From the IMG/VR virus record IMGVR_UViG_3300041809_000571, positions 115,841 through 179,840 of that record: DNA of 64,000 bases; one strand, given 5' to 3'. The notes beneath the pieces are model-generated. The model saw only the letters and a program-made list of their open reading frames with translations, was not told where the DNA came from and ran no database searches. The translations under genes were made by a program, and so were the position numbers. Below, piece after piece: positions 8,825 through 17,832 of the stretch. Every line of letters starts with the position of its first letter. Positions within the stretch are counted from its first letter, which is position 1. This stretch comes from a virus.

Positions 8825-9418
8825 ATGAAAAACGTGAAGTTGTTGCTTTCCTTGCTGACGATGTTCCTGTTCCTGTGCATTCCCCTGCGAGCGGACACCA
8901 TTGGAACGGTGTACTTCAACGGGGATTATGCGTTCGCCAACAACGGCTATGGGATTCCCCCATACGGTGGAACTCTGGACGGCATTGCGGAAGACTTCTA
9001 CTGTGTGGACTTCGCCCACGACATCAGCGCCGGGGAAAGCTGGAAGGCATACATCGCTCCGGTCAGCGGTACTACCTTGGAAGAGGAGGCTTGGTTGGCA
9101 ACCCAAATGCTAGGGACCACCAGCCAAACTCAGCAAGCAGAGTACCAATGGGCAATCTGGAGCTTATCGGGGGGAACCGACCCTTACGGTCAGTCCAATG
9201 CCAATGCTCTTATCGCCGAGGCTCAGTCCGCTATTAACGGTGGATACACGGGGGCCGGATGGGAAGTCCTCACCCCGGTGAACTGGGGAACCCAACCGGG
9301 ACAGCAATTTGTTGTCCAAACTCCCGAGGGACCTGCTGTTGAGCTTCTTTTATTTGGTCTACTGGGTGTCGGCTGGCTGGTTTGGAAGAAAAAGCTGAAT
9401 ATTCCTGTCCGGTCATAA
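8825..9418 (+). CDS. Secreted protein with PEP-CTERM-like C-terminal sorting signal
   Basis: N-terminal signal peptide (MKNVKLLLSLLTMFLFLCIPLRA); C-terminus TPEGPAVELLLFGLLGVGWLVWKKKLN has a PEP-like motif, then a hydrophobic helix, then a basic cluster. Confidence 0.6.
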   Translation: MKNVKLLLSLLTMFLFLCIPLRADTIGTVYFNGDYAFANNGYGIPPYGGTLDGIAEDFYCVDFAHDISAGESWKAYIAPVSGTTLEEEAWLATQMLGTTSQTQQAEYQWAIWSLSGGTDPYGQSNANALIAEAQSAINGGYTGAGWEVLTPVNWGTQPGQQFVVQTPEGPAVELLLFGLLGVGWLVWKKKLNIPVRS

Positions 9419-9443
9419 TCCGGCCATTAAAAAACGTCGATTT

Positions 9444-9476
9444 CCTCCCATTCCGTGGTATACTGAGAGTGGGAGG
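9444..9476 (+). promoter_or_regulatory. Extended -10 promoter box (GTGGTATACT) embedded in an anti-SD/SD hairpin (CCTCCCA ... TGGGAGG)
   Basis: One of five copies of the TGGTATACT/N7/GGAGG arrangement; inverted repeat flanks the box. Confidence 0.5.
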
Positions 9477-9487
9477 AAACATCGACT

Positions 9488-11998
9488 ATGAAATTCGGAA
9501 CCGTATCAGGCAATACCGAGACCAGCGGTGCTATCGGACAGCAACAGCAGTTTTCCATTCAAAGCTCGGCAATCGCTTTCGAGACACTCTCGTCTCGCTT
9601 GTACTCCGACCCAATCCAAGCGGTTATCCGGGAACTGTCCTGCAACGCCTATGACGCCCATGTGATGACGGGCAAGGCGGATGAGCCGTTCGTTGTGACG
9701 CTGCCGACGAACTTTGACGCTTCCTTCAAGATTCGGGATTTCGGACCGGGCATGTCGAACGACGAAATCCTCAGCCTCTACTGCACCTACTTCTCCAGCA
9801 ACAAAAACTCCCGCAATGACGCCATCGGCGCTTTCGGCTTGGGCAGCAAGTCGCCCTTCGCCTACTTCCTGCGCAACGGCAAGACGGGCGGATTCGCCGT
9901 CATCAGCTACCAGAGCGGTGTGGTTCGCACGTATGCGGCCTTCATTGACAACGGGTTACCCAAGATTGAATTGCAGTCGGAAGCCGAGACTACCGAGCCT
10001 GATGGTCTGGAAGTCATCTTCCCGGTCGAACAGCGGGACGTGTGGGAATTCACCAACAAAGCCAAGCTGGTGTTCGAGTTCTTCACTCCCCTGCCGACCT
10101 GCAACGTGCAATTGAACTGCCAGAAACCGGAATACTCCATTGAAGGAGAGGGGTGGGGACTGCGCAAGAATTCCTCCACCAATCAGGGCAACGGCGTTCG
10201 TGCCATCATGGGCATGGTGCCCTACTCGGTCGGCAACATCGACATCAGCCGTTTGAGCGAGAATCAAAAGAGCATCATTGCGATGCCCTTCGACATCTTC
10301 TTTGCGATTGGCGAAGTCAACCCTGCGGTTAGCCGGGAGACCCTCCAACTCGATACCCCCACGATTACCGCCATCCAAGCGAAGTTGGATGCCATCCACA
10401 CCGAACTGCTTGAAACGGTGAAGAAGAAGGTGGACAAAGCGGCTAATGAGTGGGAAGCCAAGATGGTCATTTTCAACCTGCTCCAGCACCAAGCCATCGG
10501 TCGCATCATCAACGCTGCCGCTCAGAAAGGTGCCTTCGCCGGGACCTATACCAACTTCACCCTGAGTGCTGGCAAAGACATGAAGGTTAACCAGTTAGAC
10601 TACTCCAGCATCCAAGTGACGCATTACGACAGGTCCCACAGCGGGCGTGGTAGGGCCGACCGGGAAACGCTGTTCACCTTGACCCCGGAAGAACTGGACT
10701 CCACCCTCTTGAAAACAAAGGGTGACGCAGCCAAGCGCAGTGCGTATGAGGTCGAAATCGAAGCGAACCCCAATGTGGTTTTCATCTTGGATGACATGAA
10801 ACCCACTCGTGCCAATCGCTACATCAACTACTTCATTAAAAACAAGGCGTATGACAACCCCGAAAAGCGGGACGCCTATCTTATCAGCCCCCGCCCGGAA
10901 GTCGCCGGGAGTGGAAAGGTCGCCTCGGAAGTCGCCGCTCTGCTCGCCGCCCTCGGAAATCCTCCGATGACGCTTGCCAGCAGCTACGAGACGAAGTACA
11001 AAGACAAGATGCCCAAGAAGAACTATGTGAAGAGGGGCAAGGGGTTGCTGGTGTTCGTGGAGCGCTCTTGGTACCGTGGTCGCCATGGTTCTTGGCGGCA
11101 GGCATGGGCGACGGCGGATGAAACCGTCCCCGAGATGCCGGGAACGAAGTACTACGTGGTGTTGGCGAAGGGCAACTCACGGGCAATGACCGCCGTCATC
11201 CCCGGCGTGGACAGCCCGACCGACCTTTACAACCTTATCAACAAGATGCGTGCTGCCAAGGTGTTCGGGTTCGGAGACACCGAAAAGATTTACGGCGTCC
11301 GGGAGAATTCCAAGCTGCTCAAGAACTCCAATTGGGTTCCCCTCCGGTCGGTCATTGACAAGACCATCACCAAGGTCATGAACCCCACCAAGGAACTGGC
11401 AATGAGCCTGCGCTTGAGGCCGTTCAGCAATGATTGGGAGTTCGTAATGAAGCAGGTCGCCAAGACCCTGCCTCTGTCCACTACCAGTGCTTTCCAGAAC
11501 TTCTCGGTCCAGTTGGAAGCCGCTCGCACCGCCTCCAAAGACCGGGACGAAAACCTTGTCTACGTCCTGAACGCTGTCATGTACAAGGTGACTAACGTCA
11601 CTGATTTCAGCGAAATGTGGGAGAAGGTCGAAAAACAGTATCCCCTGTTGTCCCTGATGCGGAAGGATAGCTACAGCGGCAGCAAGGAAGAAGCCGACGC
11701 CTTGATTGTCTACCTGCGGATGATTGACGAAATGATTGAAAAGGCGAACGCTCCGGTCGCTCCCCCGGCCCCGGTCGTGGACAAGTCGGAAGCTTACCGG
11801 CTCCGTAAAGCTCGCAACCCAAAGGCTTACATGGAGCGCAAGCGGCAACAGGCGGCAACCATGACGCAAGTAGCGAACGAGGATGACGCCTTAGTAGCAG
11901 GGGAGTTAACAATCGTTGATGGAACCCTCGTCCCGACCGATGCCGCCTGTGCCTGCGCCGAATTTGAAAAAGAATTGTCGGTTGCAGCGGCGGTGTAA
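9488..11998 (+). CDS. GHKL-family (Hsp90/histidine-kinase-like) ATPase domain protein, rIIA-like
   Basis: N box RELSCNAYDA, G1 box IRDFGPGMS and G2 box GAFGLGSKSPFAY; 836 aa, followed by a 400-aa partner, as in rIIA-rIIB pairs of large phages; TGGTATACT promoter box upstream. Confidence 0.6.
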   Translation: MKFGTVSGNTETSGAIGQQQQFSIQSSAIAFETLSSRLYSDPIQAVIRELSCNAYDAHVMTGKADEPFVVTLPTNFDASFKIRDFGPGMSNDEILSLYCTYFSSNKNSRNDAIGAFGLGSKSPFAYFLRNGKTGGFAVISYQSGVVRTYAAFIDNGLPKIELQSEAETTEPDGLEVIFPVEQRDVWEFTNKAKLVFEFFTPLPTCNVQLNCQKPEYSIEGEGWGLRKNSSTNQGNGVRAIMGMVPYSVGNIDISRLSENQKSIIAMPFDIFFAIGEVNPAVSRETLQLDTPTITAIQAKLDAIHTELLETVKKKVDKAANEWEAKMVIFNLLQHQAIGRIINAAAQKGAFAGTYTNFTLSAGKDMKVNQLDYSSIQVTHYDRSHSGRGRADRETLFTLTPEELDSTLLKTKGDAAKRSAYEVEIEANPNVVFILDDMKPTRANRYINYFIKNKAYDNPEKRDAYLISPRPEVAGSGKVASEVAALLAALGNPPMTLASSYETKYKDKMPKKNYVKRGKGLLVFVERSWYRGRHGSWRQAWATADETVPEMPGTKYYVVLAKGNSRAMTAVIPGVDSPTDLYNLINKMRAAKVFGFGDTEKIYGVRENSKLLKNSNWVPLRSVIDKTITKVMNPTKELAMSLRLRPFSNDWEFVMKQVAKTLPLSTTSAFQNFSVQLEAARTASKDRDENLVYVLNAVMYKVTNVTDFSEMWEKVEKQYPLLSLMRKDSYSGSKEEADALIVYLRMIDEMIEKANAPVAPPAPVVDKSEAYRLRKARNPKAYMERKRQQAATMTQVANEDDALVAGELTIVDGTLVPTDAACACAEFEKELSVAAAV

Positions 11999-12014
11999 GA
12001 ATTTTCCGAAATTT

Positions 12015-12047
12015 TCTCTCAATTCGAGGTATACTATAAGTGAGGAG
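12015..12047 (+). promoter_or_regulatory. Promoter box GAGGTATACT followed by GAGGAG
   Basis: Motif copy upstream of the rIIB-like gene. Confidence 0.4.
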
Positions 12048-12057
12048 ACACAACCTT

Positions 12058-13272
12058 ATGGCAAAAGCTACACCCATTCCGTATCAGTTGCAGGACAATT
12101 ATGTGAGCGTTCTCGTCAACGGACGCCCCTTTCAACTCTTGGCATCCCATCCCACCTTCCGCAAGATGGTCAACGCCCTCAAGATGAAGCGGTGGGCGAA
12201 GGTGCCTGACCTTGTTAATTTGGCGCAGTCCATTTCCAACCGGTCGCACGGCAACGTGGAAGTGAAGAACGGGGAAGTGTACTACAAGGGTTCCCCGGTC
12301 CACTCTTCCCTGACCGCTCTCATGCTCCGCCTGATTGAGGCCGAGCAGCCGATCAACCACATGTTGAAGTTCAGGGACCACCTGTTCTCCAACCCCCGCC
12401 CGGAGGCAGTGGAGGGTCTGTACGAATTCCTGACCCTCTACCAAATGCCGGTGACGGACGACGGCTGTTTCGTCGCCTACAAGCGGGTGGACCACAACTA
12501 CAAGGACATCCACACTCACACCGTGGACAACCATGTGGGCGCTTGCCCGGTCATACGTCGTCGGGACGTGGACAAGGACCGCAGCAACCCTTGCTCCCGT
12601 GGATTCCATTTCTGCTCTCGTGCGTACCTGTCCGGCTTCCCCGGCGAACACCTGATGGCTATCAAGGTCAACCCTGCCGACGTGGATGAAATTCCCGAGG
12701 TCCAGTGCGGCAAGGGTCGGACGTGGCGGTATGAAGTCATCGCCGAAATTCCGAACGGCGACTACTCCGACAAGGACGCCGCCTACTTCCAGAACCCGCT
12801 GATTTCCATCGGTCGTGACCGCAAGCTGTTGCTCGGCAAGTTGCTCGCCCTGCCGCTCGTAAAGCGGTTGGTCGGTCGGACCGAGCGCCAGTTGGCGGAA
12901 TACAAGAAGGCCCGGCGCAAGCTCGGTGACATCCACCCCAAGGTGGAACACGCTGGCTTGACCACCAACGCCCTCAAGAAGGCGTCGTTCGGTCGGCTCC
13001 AACAGTGGTATGAGCGGTTCACCGCCATTGCCCCCGAACTGCCCGGCGTTTCGGCAGTGTTTGTCAACCCCACCTACCCGGCTCGTGTCGCCGCCAAGTT
13101 GACGGTCACACAGGTCGCCAAGCAGATGGGCATGAAAGCATCCTTGGTCTACAAGCTGGAACGGGCGGAAACCCCGAGCCAGCGGTTCATTGATGACTAC
13201 ATTGGGGCTGTCATGGCTCTCAAAGACCAGCCCAATGGCGTTTCCTTCGCCGCCGCTACCGTAGCGGCATAG
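12058..13272 (+). CDS. Hypothetical protein, possibly rIIB-like (by synteny only)
   Basis: ORF 12040..13272 with start at ATG 12058, 10 nt after GAGGAG; GAGGTATACT box upstream; GC-rich hairpin downstream. Confidence 0.5.
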   Translation: MAKATPIPYQLQDNYVSVLVNGRPFQLLASHPTFRKMVNALKMKRWAKVPDLVNLAQSISNRSHGNVEVKNGEVYYKGSPVHSSLTALMLRLIEAEQPINHMLKFRDHLFSNPRPEAVEGLYEFLTLYQMPVTDDGCFVAYKRVDHNYKDIHTHTVDNHVGACPVIRRRDVDKDRSNPCSRGFHFCSRAYLSGFPGEHLMAIKVNPADVDEIPEVQCGKGRTWRYEVIAEIPNGDYSDKDAAYFQNPLISIGRDRKLLLGKLLALPLVKRLVGRTERQLAEYKKARRKLGDIHPKVEHAGLTTNALKKASFGRLQQWYERFTAIAPELPGVSAVFVNPTYPARVAAKLTVTQVAKQMGMKASLVYKLERAETPSQRFIDDYIGAVMALKDQPNGVSFAAATVAA

Positions 13273-13279
13273 TCGAAGC

Positions 13280-13305
13280 GGGAGCGGGTCGCCATGCCCG
13301 CTCCC
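13280..13305 (+). terminator. GC-rich hairpin (GGGAGCGGG tcgccatg CCCGCTCCC), possible terminator
   Basis: 9-bp perfect stem directly after the rIIB-like stop; no clear U-tract. Confidence 0.3.
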
Positions 13306-13332
13306 CTCCTCCTTCTGAGGGATGGGAGAGGT

Positions 13333-13455
13333 ATGTTCAAACGACTTTTCACTGGCGTCAAGACGTTAAACGCCCTCGTGACCGATAAGTGGAATGTATT
13401 CGGGGAACAGGACCGGCACGGCATCAGAATTACCCTACAGTGGAGGAAGGGATGA
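13333..13455 (+). CDS. Hypothetical micro-protein (40 aa)
   Basis: GGGAGAGG then ATG 13333; stop overlaps the next ATG as ATGA; not in the ORF track because under 60 aa. Confidence 0.25.
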   Translation: MFKRLFTGVKTLNALVTDKWNVFGEQDRHGIRITLQWRKG

Positions 13456-13592
13456 CTCGGCGAGATAAATTCTTCTCCCGATTGGAGTTCGGCTTTGTCC
13501 TACCCTTGCTCACTCTCAAATCGGTAGGCATCCTGATAAGACATGGTTCGCAGGCATTCAAGTACTACTGGCGAGAGGTTTGGGAGCAATGA
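13452..13592 (+). CDS. Hypothetical small hydrophobic protein
   Basis: GGAGG RBS; internal start of ORF 13389..13592. Confidence 0.25.
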   Translation: MTRRDKFFSRLEFGFVLPLLTLKSVGILIRHGSQAFKYYWREVWEQ

Positions 13593-13786
13593 CGAAACTG
13601 GACAAGCAGGAGTTATGGGTCGTCCTCGGGATGCTGAGCATTCTGCTCACCATTTCCTTGGGCATAACGATTTGGGCGGTGGTATCCCACATCATCCCTC
13701 GGCAAGCGTTCATCGCCAATGGAATGGGGTGGGCAATGGTCGCCCTGTGTGCGTGGAGAATCGGAAAGCTGACCGGGAGAGCGTAG
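13580..13786 (+). CDS. Small membrane protein (2 TM), holin-like size
   Basis: Two hydrophobic helices (WVVLGMLSILLTISLGITIWAVV, GMGWAMVALCAWRIG). Confidence 0.4.
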   Translation: MGAMTKLDKQELWVVLGMLSILLTISLGITIWAVVSHIIPRQAFIANGMGWAMVALCAWRIGKLTGRA

Positions 13787-13792
13787 GGAAAC

Positions 13793-13999
13793 ATGGCTGT
13801 TTCTGAAAAAGACGAGAAGAGTGCCATCCGGGAAGTCACCGAGGTTTTCACCGAAGCGAACCGGGAACTCCGGGGTGTGGCGAGTGAGGTAAAGGGAGTC
13901 GGTCAGGACTTAAAGCGGTCCATGCAGGAGCTTTGTGACGATTTTAACCGTTGCACCGGGACACCACAAATTCGCCGCAAGAGGGGATGGTTATGGTAA
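13793..13999 (+). CDS. Hypothetical small protein
   Basis: 68-aa ORF. Confidence 0.35.
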   Translation: MAVSEKDEKSAIREVTEVFTEANRELRGVASEVKGVGQDLKRSMQELCDDFNRCTGTPQIRRKRGWLW

Positions 14000-14460
14000 T
14001 TACGGTCTTAGCGTATCGCCCGAGCGGGGCAAACTACTGCCGGGGATGTGAGATGGAGCGGTGGGGGTCGGACTTCGAGTTTCATGTGTTTTCCGACGAC
14101 GGGGTCCAAAGTCCCATAGCGGATGCCGTTCCCGTTATCACCAAGTACCTGAGATATGGGGACCAAGACGATGAGTACGGGAGCTACGCTATCACCCTTC
14201 TCTTGGACGGGCAGGAGTACTACTGCTATTCTGGCGATAACGAGCAGGATAAGAACCACGTCATCACCAAGAAGCTTCTGGATGATGCCAAGGCACTAGC
14301 GGAGAGTCAGCGAGCCGCCGAGAAGGCGGCTAAGCTCGCCGCCAAGGTCGCCAAGGAAGCTGCCGAAGAGAAACGCCGGACGAACCAAAAGGAAACCTCC
14401 GACCGGCAAGAATACCTTCGGCTCAAAGCCAAATATGAGGGGAAGGGCAACTCTAAATGA
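13987..14460 (+). CDS. Hypothetical protein with Lys/Ala/Glu-rich C-terminus
   Basis: ORF 13951..14460; start at ATG 13987/13993 after GAGGGG. Confidence 0.45.
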   Translation: MVMVITVLAYRPSGANYCRGCEMERWGSDFEFHVFSDDGVQSPIADAVPVITKYLRYGDQDDEYGSYAITLLLDGQEYYCYSGDNEQDKNHVITKKLLDDAKALAESQRAAEKAAKLAAKVAKEAAEEKRRTNQKETSDRQEYLRLKAKYEGKGNSK

Positions 14461-15032
14461 TTCATCTCTACAACCACACTCCACACCCGAGTGGTCCCAT
14501 GAAGGACGCTCTGACCTTTGCCGCCCAAGCGATAGGGGTAAGGGGTGACGTAGTGGTGAAGGTGACCAGTTGCCGCCATGGGAAGGGAAGCGCAACCGCA
14601 TACCGTTCCTTTCCCTATTTGGGATTCCTCCGGGGCGTGAAGCGGCGGGAGGGCATGGACGGCAAACTTATCGGAGAGAAGCCGGGATTTGTAGTCATGT
14701 CCCTGCCGGACCGGATGCGTGGAGGGGAAACCTACGGCAGAAAGCATAGCTGGACATACGATAAATTGGATTGGTTGGATGCCTGCTGGTGGTTTGTCCG
14801 GGTCGCCCTGCATGAAATGGCTCATGTCCTCCAGTATCGGGAAAACCGGTACGCCGCTCTACGGAGCGGGGAGAAAACTCAAGCTGGTCGCCGGATGGCA
14901 CATGACCGGCGTCCCTGTGAGCTTGATGCCGACAACCGCAGGAATGACGTGGTAGATGACCGGCGTAAGGGAGCGAGGGCACAGGAGTTTGCTATCAATC
15001 TTGCCATTGCCATAGAGGAGAACCTGAGATGA
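14457..15032 (+). CDS. Putative Zn-metallopeptidase (SprT-like HExxH)
   Basis: LHEMAHVL motif preceded by a hydrophobic helix; ATGA overlap. Confidence 0.45.
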   Translation: MIHLYNHTPHPSGPMKDALTFAAQAIGVRGDVVVKVTSCRHGKGSATAYRSFPYLGFLRGVKRREGMDGKLIGEKPGFVVMSLPDRMRGGETYGRKHSWTYDKLDWLDACWWFVRVALHEMAHVLQYRENRYAALRSGEKTQAGRRMAHDRRPCELDADNRRNDVVDDRRKGARAQEFAINLAIAIEENLR

Positions 15033-15382
15033 AACCCAAAGTTAAGAAGGGGAAAGTAACGGAAATCCCGAGCAAACGCCTCAAAAAGGTGTTTGAGGCT
15101 AAAAACGTAGAGCGTTTGTTCGGACTCCTCAAGGGTTGGTCTCTGGCGGAGCTACAAGCCCTCCAGAGCGACGTTGGGCTGTTTCATGAGGCAACCGTGC
15201 GGCAAATCGACGCCGTGGCTAAAAGCGCCTCCAAGGAGCTTTTTAAGGGCAAGAACACCAAGCTCATCCGGGCCTCCATCGTGGAAGCCAAGAAACAGGT
15301 AAACTTCAAGTTGATGACAATTTGCGCCGAAATTCTCTCCGTAACGTTGTATTTCATAAGAGAGAGGGAGGAAGGCCGGTGA
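15029..15382 (+). CDS. Hypothetical protein
   Basis: 117-aa ORF; ATGA overlap. Confidence 0.5.
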   Translation: MKPKVKKGKVTEIPSKRLKKVFEAKNVERLFGLLKGWSLAELQALQSDVGLFHEATVRQIDAVAKSASKELFKGKNTKLIRASIVEAKKQVNFKLMTICAEILSVTLYFIREREEGR

Positions 15383-15531
15383 GTGAGCTTTTACCCATTG
15401 TGGGCATCGGCTGTGGTGTGGGTCTGGTCTTCGTCGGCTGGATAATCACCACCTGCACCAAAAAGTTTTTCACCTTGGGAATACCCCTCGGTATCTCAGG
15501 GTTGGTGGTTTTGACAGCAATATTCAAATAG
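15379..15531 (+). CDS. Small membrane protein (2 TM)
   Basis: GTG start after GGGAGGAAGG; hydrophobic helices IVGIGCGVGLVFVGWIITT and LGIPLGISGLVVLTAIF. Confidence 0.4.
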   Translation: MSELLPIVGIGCGVGLVFVGWIITTCTKKFFTLGIPLGISGLVVLTAIFK

Positions 15532-15539
15532 GGGGAAGC

Positions 15540-16169
15540 ATGGCACAAGTGGGCAGCGCAGAATACAAAGCACGTAAACTTCGCCAGCAACAGGAATACC
15601 TCGAACGGCTCAAGGCAAAGAAGGTCAGCCTGTTGGAGCGTGCCGAGGCAATCACGGATACCTCCAAAGACCAGCGCATCTATGTCGTGGTCGCTGACAC
15701 CGTGCAGAACTCCATCGGGCTGGACTTGGCGGATGGGCATGAAATCCTGTTCCGGGACCGTGACGCCAAAACCATCACTCAGGCCCCCGGTCGGCTCATG
15801 GCGCAGGTCGGTCATGTGACCAGCTACACCCGGCTGATGATGGCGAAAAGGTGTTTCATGGAGACTATCAGTGGTCCCTATGACCGGGATTATCTTGAGA
15901 AGGTTTGGGCAACCCTCGCCAAACCCATCACCACCATTGTGCTTGGGGCGAAAGACAGCTTCGAGCTTCACCATGTTTACCGGCTCTTGGAGAAAAAGCT
16001 GAACGGGCGGGCATATGCCTTCTACGACGACAACCCCCCGGTGTACGGCAATGAGCGGAAAATCATGACCGCTATCGCCACGGAGCCGATTCCCTTTACC
16101 ACCACAGAGGGGGTGCTGGATTACCTACCACTGTGGGCGGTAACTGAGAGCCGTATGAACAGGGGGTGA
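15540..16169 (+). CDS. Hypothetical protein, possible PTH2-like peptidyl-tRNA hydrolase fold
   Basis: Weak match to PTH2 signature (IYVVVADTV ... GRLMAQVGHV versus VVVRTDL ... GKIAAQCSHA); tentative. Confidence 0.4.
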   Translation: MAQVGSAEYKARKLRQQQEYLERLKAKKVSLLERAEAITDTSKDQRIYVVVADTVQNSIGLDLADGHEILFRDRDAKTITQAPGRLMAQVGHVTSYTRLMMAKRCFMETISGPYDRDYLEKVWATLAKPITTIVLGAKDSFELHHVYRLLEKKLNGRAYAFYDDNPPVYGNERKIMTAIATEPIPFTTTEGVLDYLPLWAVTESRMNRG

Positions 16170-16375
16170 GTACAGCAATGCCCAATCTACGCATCGTTCT
16201 GGATGAATGGGATATCCAACAGCTTCTCGCAGGCAAGCCGGTCAGCTTGTCTGGAGAAGCCCGACCGAACGATATATATCTTGACGTGGACCACATTCAC
16301 TTGGAGAGGGTGAAGTCCACGATTGAAGCTCTCATCAAAAAGCAAAAGGAGCAGGAGCAAGCAGAGGGAGGCTGA
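16166..16375 (+). CDS. Hypothetical small protein
   Basis: 69-aa ORF; ATGA overlap. Confidence 0.4.
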   Translation: MSTAMPNLRIVLDEWDIQQLLAGKPVSLSGEARPNDIYLDVDHIHLERVKSTIEALIKKQKEQEQAEGG

Positions 16376-16376
16376 T

Positions 16377-16646
16377 ATGGCAACCACAAGACAAGTGCTG
16401 GCCTACATCAAACAGAGCGACAAGGACGCCAAAGACGGCGGTCGGAGACGCTTAACCGCCCCCAAGGGCAAATTCCGGGTCATCGGCGTGGACACCTTCG
16501 AGGGTCCCCGTGCGGACTACCTCATTGACGACTTTAAGAGTCTCCATGCCGCTATTGCGTCCGCCCGGAGCCACGCCGGGAACATGAACCCCTGCTACGT
16601 CTACGACGACGAAGGGAGTAGCATGTGGAGCGGGGGAAGCGTATGA
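16377..16646 (+). CDS. Hypothetical protein
   Basis: Start at ATG 16377 after GAGGGAGG. Confidence 0.45.
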   Translation: MATTRQVLAYIKQSDKDAKDGGRRRLTAPKGKFRVIGVDTFEGPRADYLIDDFKSLHAAIASARSHAGNMNPCYVYDDEGSSMWSGGSV

Positions 16647-16864
16647 GCAAGCTCAAGGAAGCTCGCCAGAAAGCCTTCGAGAAATGGATGGACATCCTGT
16701 ATAAGGAATACGGGGTGGACATGGTGACGGAGAAAGGCCCCGAGTTTTACGAGGGGATTTTCAATGCCGGATGGCGGGCTGGTCGGCGTTACAAGAAGCA
16801 CAAGAGGCGTCTCCCATGGGGAGGCTACAAATATAGTGGAGACAGTAAAGGAAACTGCATATGA
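16643..16864 (+). CDS. Hypothetical basic protein
   Basis: ATGA-coupled start at 16643. Confidence 0.45.
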   Translation: MSKLKEARQKAFEKWMDILYKEYGVDMVTEKGPEFYEGIFNAGWRAGRRYKKHKRRLPWGGYKYSGDSKGNCI

Positions 16865-17094
16865 AACTACCATGGAAATGCCCGGCCTGCGGAACGGTTC
16901 ACGTGCATCCCACTGATGGGTGCCGACACTGCAACCGTCCGACTGAGGAACCCGACCCGATTTTCAGTCTCGGCCCCCCAACCGGTGAGCACAAACTTAC
17001 AATGCGGGTAGCAAAATGTCGAACCCCACAGGAGGGATGTGATGTTCTTTTTTTCACGCATAGCCGGGGCTTTCAAACGGTGGAAGAGAAATAA
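16861..17094 (+). CDS. Zn-ribbon protein
   Basis: CPACG ... CRHCN. Confidence 0.45.
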   Translation: MKLPWKCPACGTVHVHPTDGCRHCNRPTEEPDPIFSLGPPTGEHKLTMRVAKCRTPQEGCDVLFFTHSRGFQTVEEK

Positions 17095-17374
17095 GTCCTT
17101 CATGGAAGGCGGCACGCTGTTCATGGGGACGCCGGGCGGGGAGATGGTCAACATGGGAACCATCACCGACTTTAAGATGACTATGAAAGAACCGAGTGAT
17201 GAACAGCGGGTTCGTGAGAGCCTTGCAGAAGGCAAATGCCCCGACTGCGGCAGCATGAAATTCCTCCCCGGTCCCTGCGGCGGGGGAAGTCAGAATTATA
17301 TGTGCGCTGAATGTGGGCACCGTTTCAACATCGCCGCTATGGGCGACACTTTGATTCTCGCTGAACGCATCTAG
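17039..17374 (+). CDS. Zn-ribbon protein
   Basis: CPDCG ... CAECGH. Confidence 0.45.
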   Translation: MMFFFSRIAGAFKRWKRNKSFMEGGTLFMGTPGGEMVNMGTITDFKMTMKEPSDEQRVRESLAEGKCPDCGSMKFLPGPCGGGSQNYMCAECGHRFNIAAMGDTLILAERI

Positions 17375-17382
17375 GAGACGCT

Positions 17383-17832
17383 ATGCAAGATGCTGCCATC
17401 CCTATGAGTGGGAGAATATGGTCTACCCGTGGTGGTAAAGGCCACTACATTGAACTTGAAGGCCGGGACCCACAGGTTATAATAGCGGAGGAAAACAAAA
17501 TGCGGGATGCCGAACTAGCCCAAACCGTTTACGACTTGTTACAGCCGTGGGAAAAAGCGGTCCATGCCGAAAGCCTCAAGGCAAAGGCTAACCTTGAAGG
17601 GGAGATTGCCGCCCACGCCTCATGGGAACGAGATAACGAACGAGATGGTGACCCGTTCAGCCGTAACCCCTATGATGATGAAGACCGGCTGAGAAAGATT
17701 GCCGAGGAAAAGGCAGCGGCGGCAGAGAGAGCCAAGGACACCTTACAGTTTGTGGTGGAGACTTTTCTATCCAAGATTCCAGACCGAAAAGAGGCAACCC
17801 ATGTTGAAGACGCTAATTTACGGAAACCGTAA
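17383..17832 (+). CDS. Hypothetical acidic protein
   Basis: 149-aa ORF. Confidence 0.5.
   Translation: MQDAAIPMSGRIWSTRGGKGHYIELEGRDPQVIIAEENKMRDAELAQTVYDLLQPWEKAVHAESLKAKANLEGEIAAHASWERDNERDGDPFSRNPYDDEDRLRKIAEEKAAAAERAKDTLQFVVETFLSKIPDRKEATHVEDANLRKP

Noticed and set aside
9956-13002. Minus-strand ORFs (9956..10492, 10595..11086, 11177..11869, 12034..13002) antisense to the rIIA/rIIB-like genes
   Set aside because: Shadow ORFs; translations are Arg/Gly/His-rich low-complexity, and the sense strand carries GHKL motifs.
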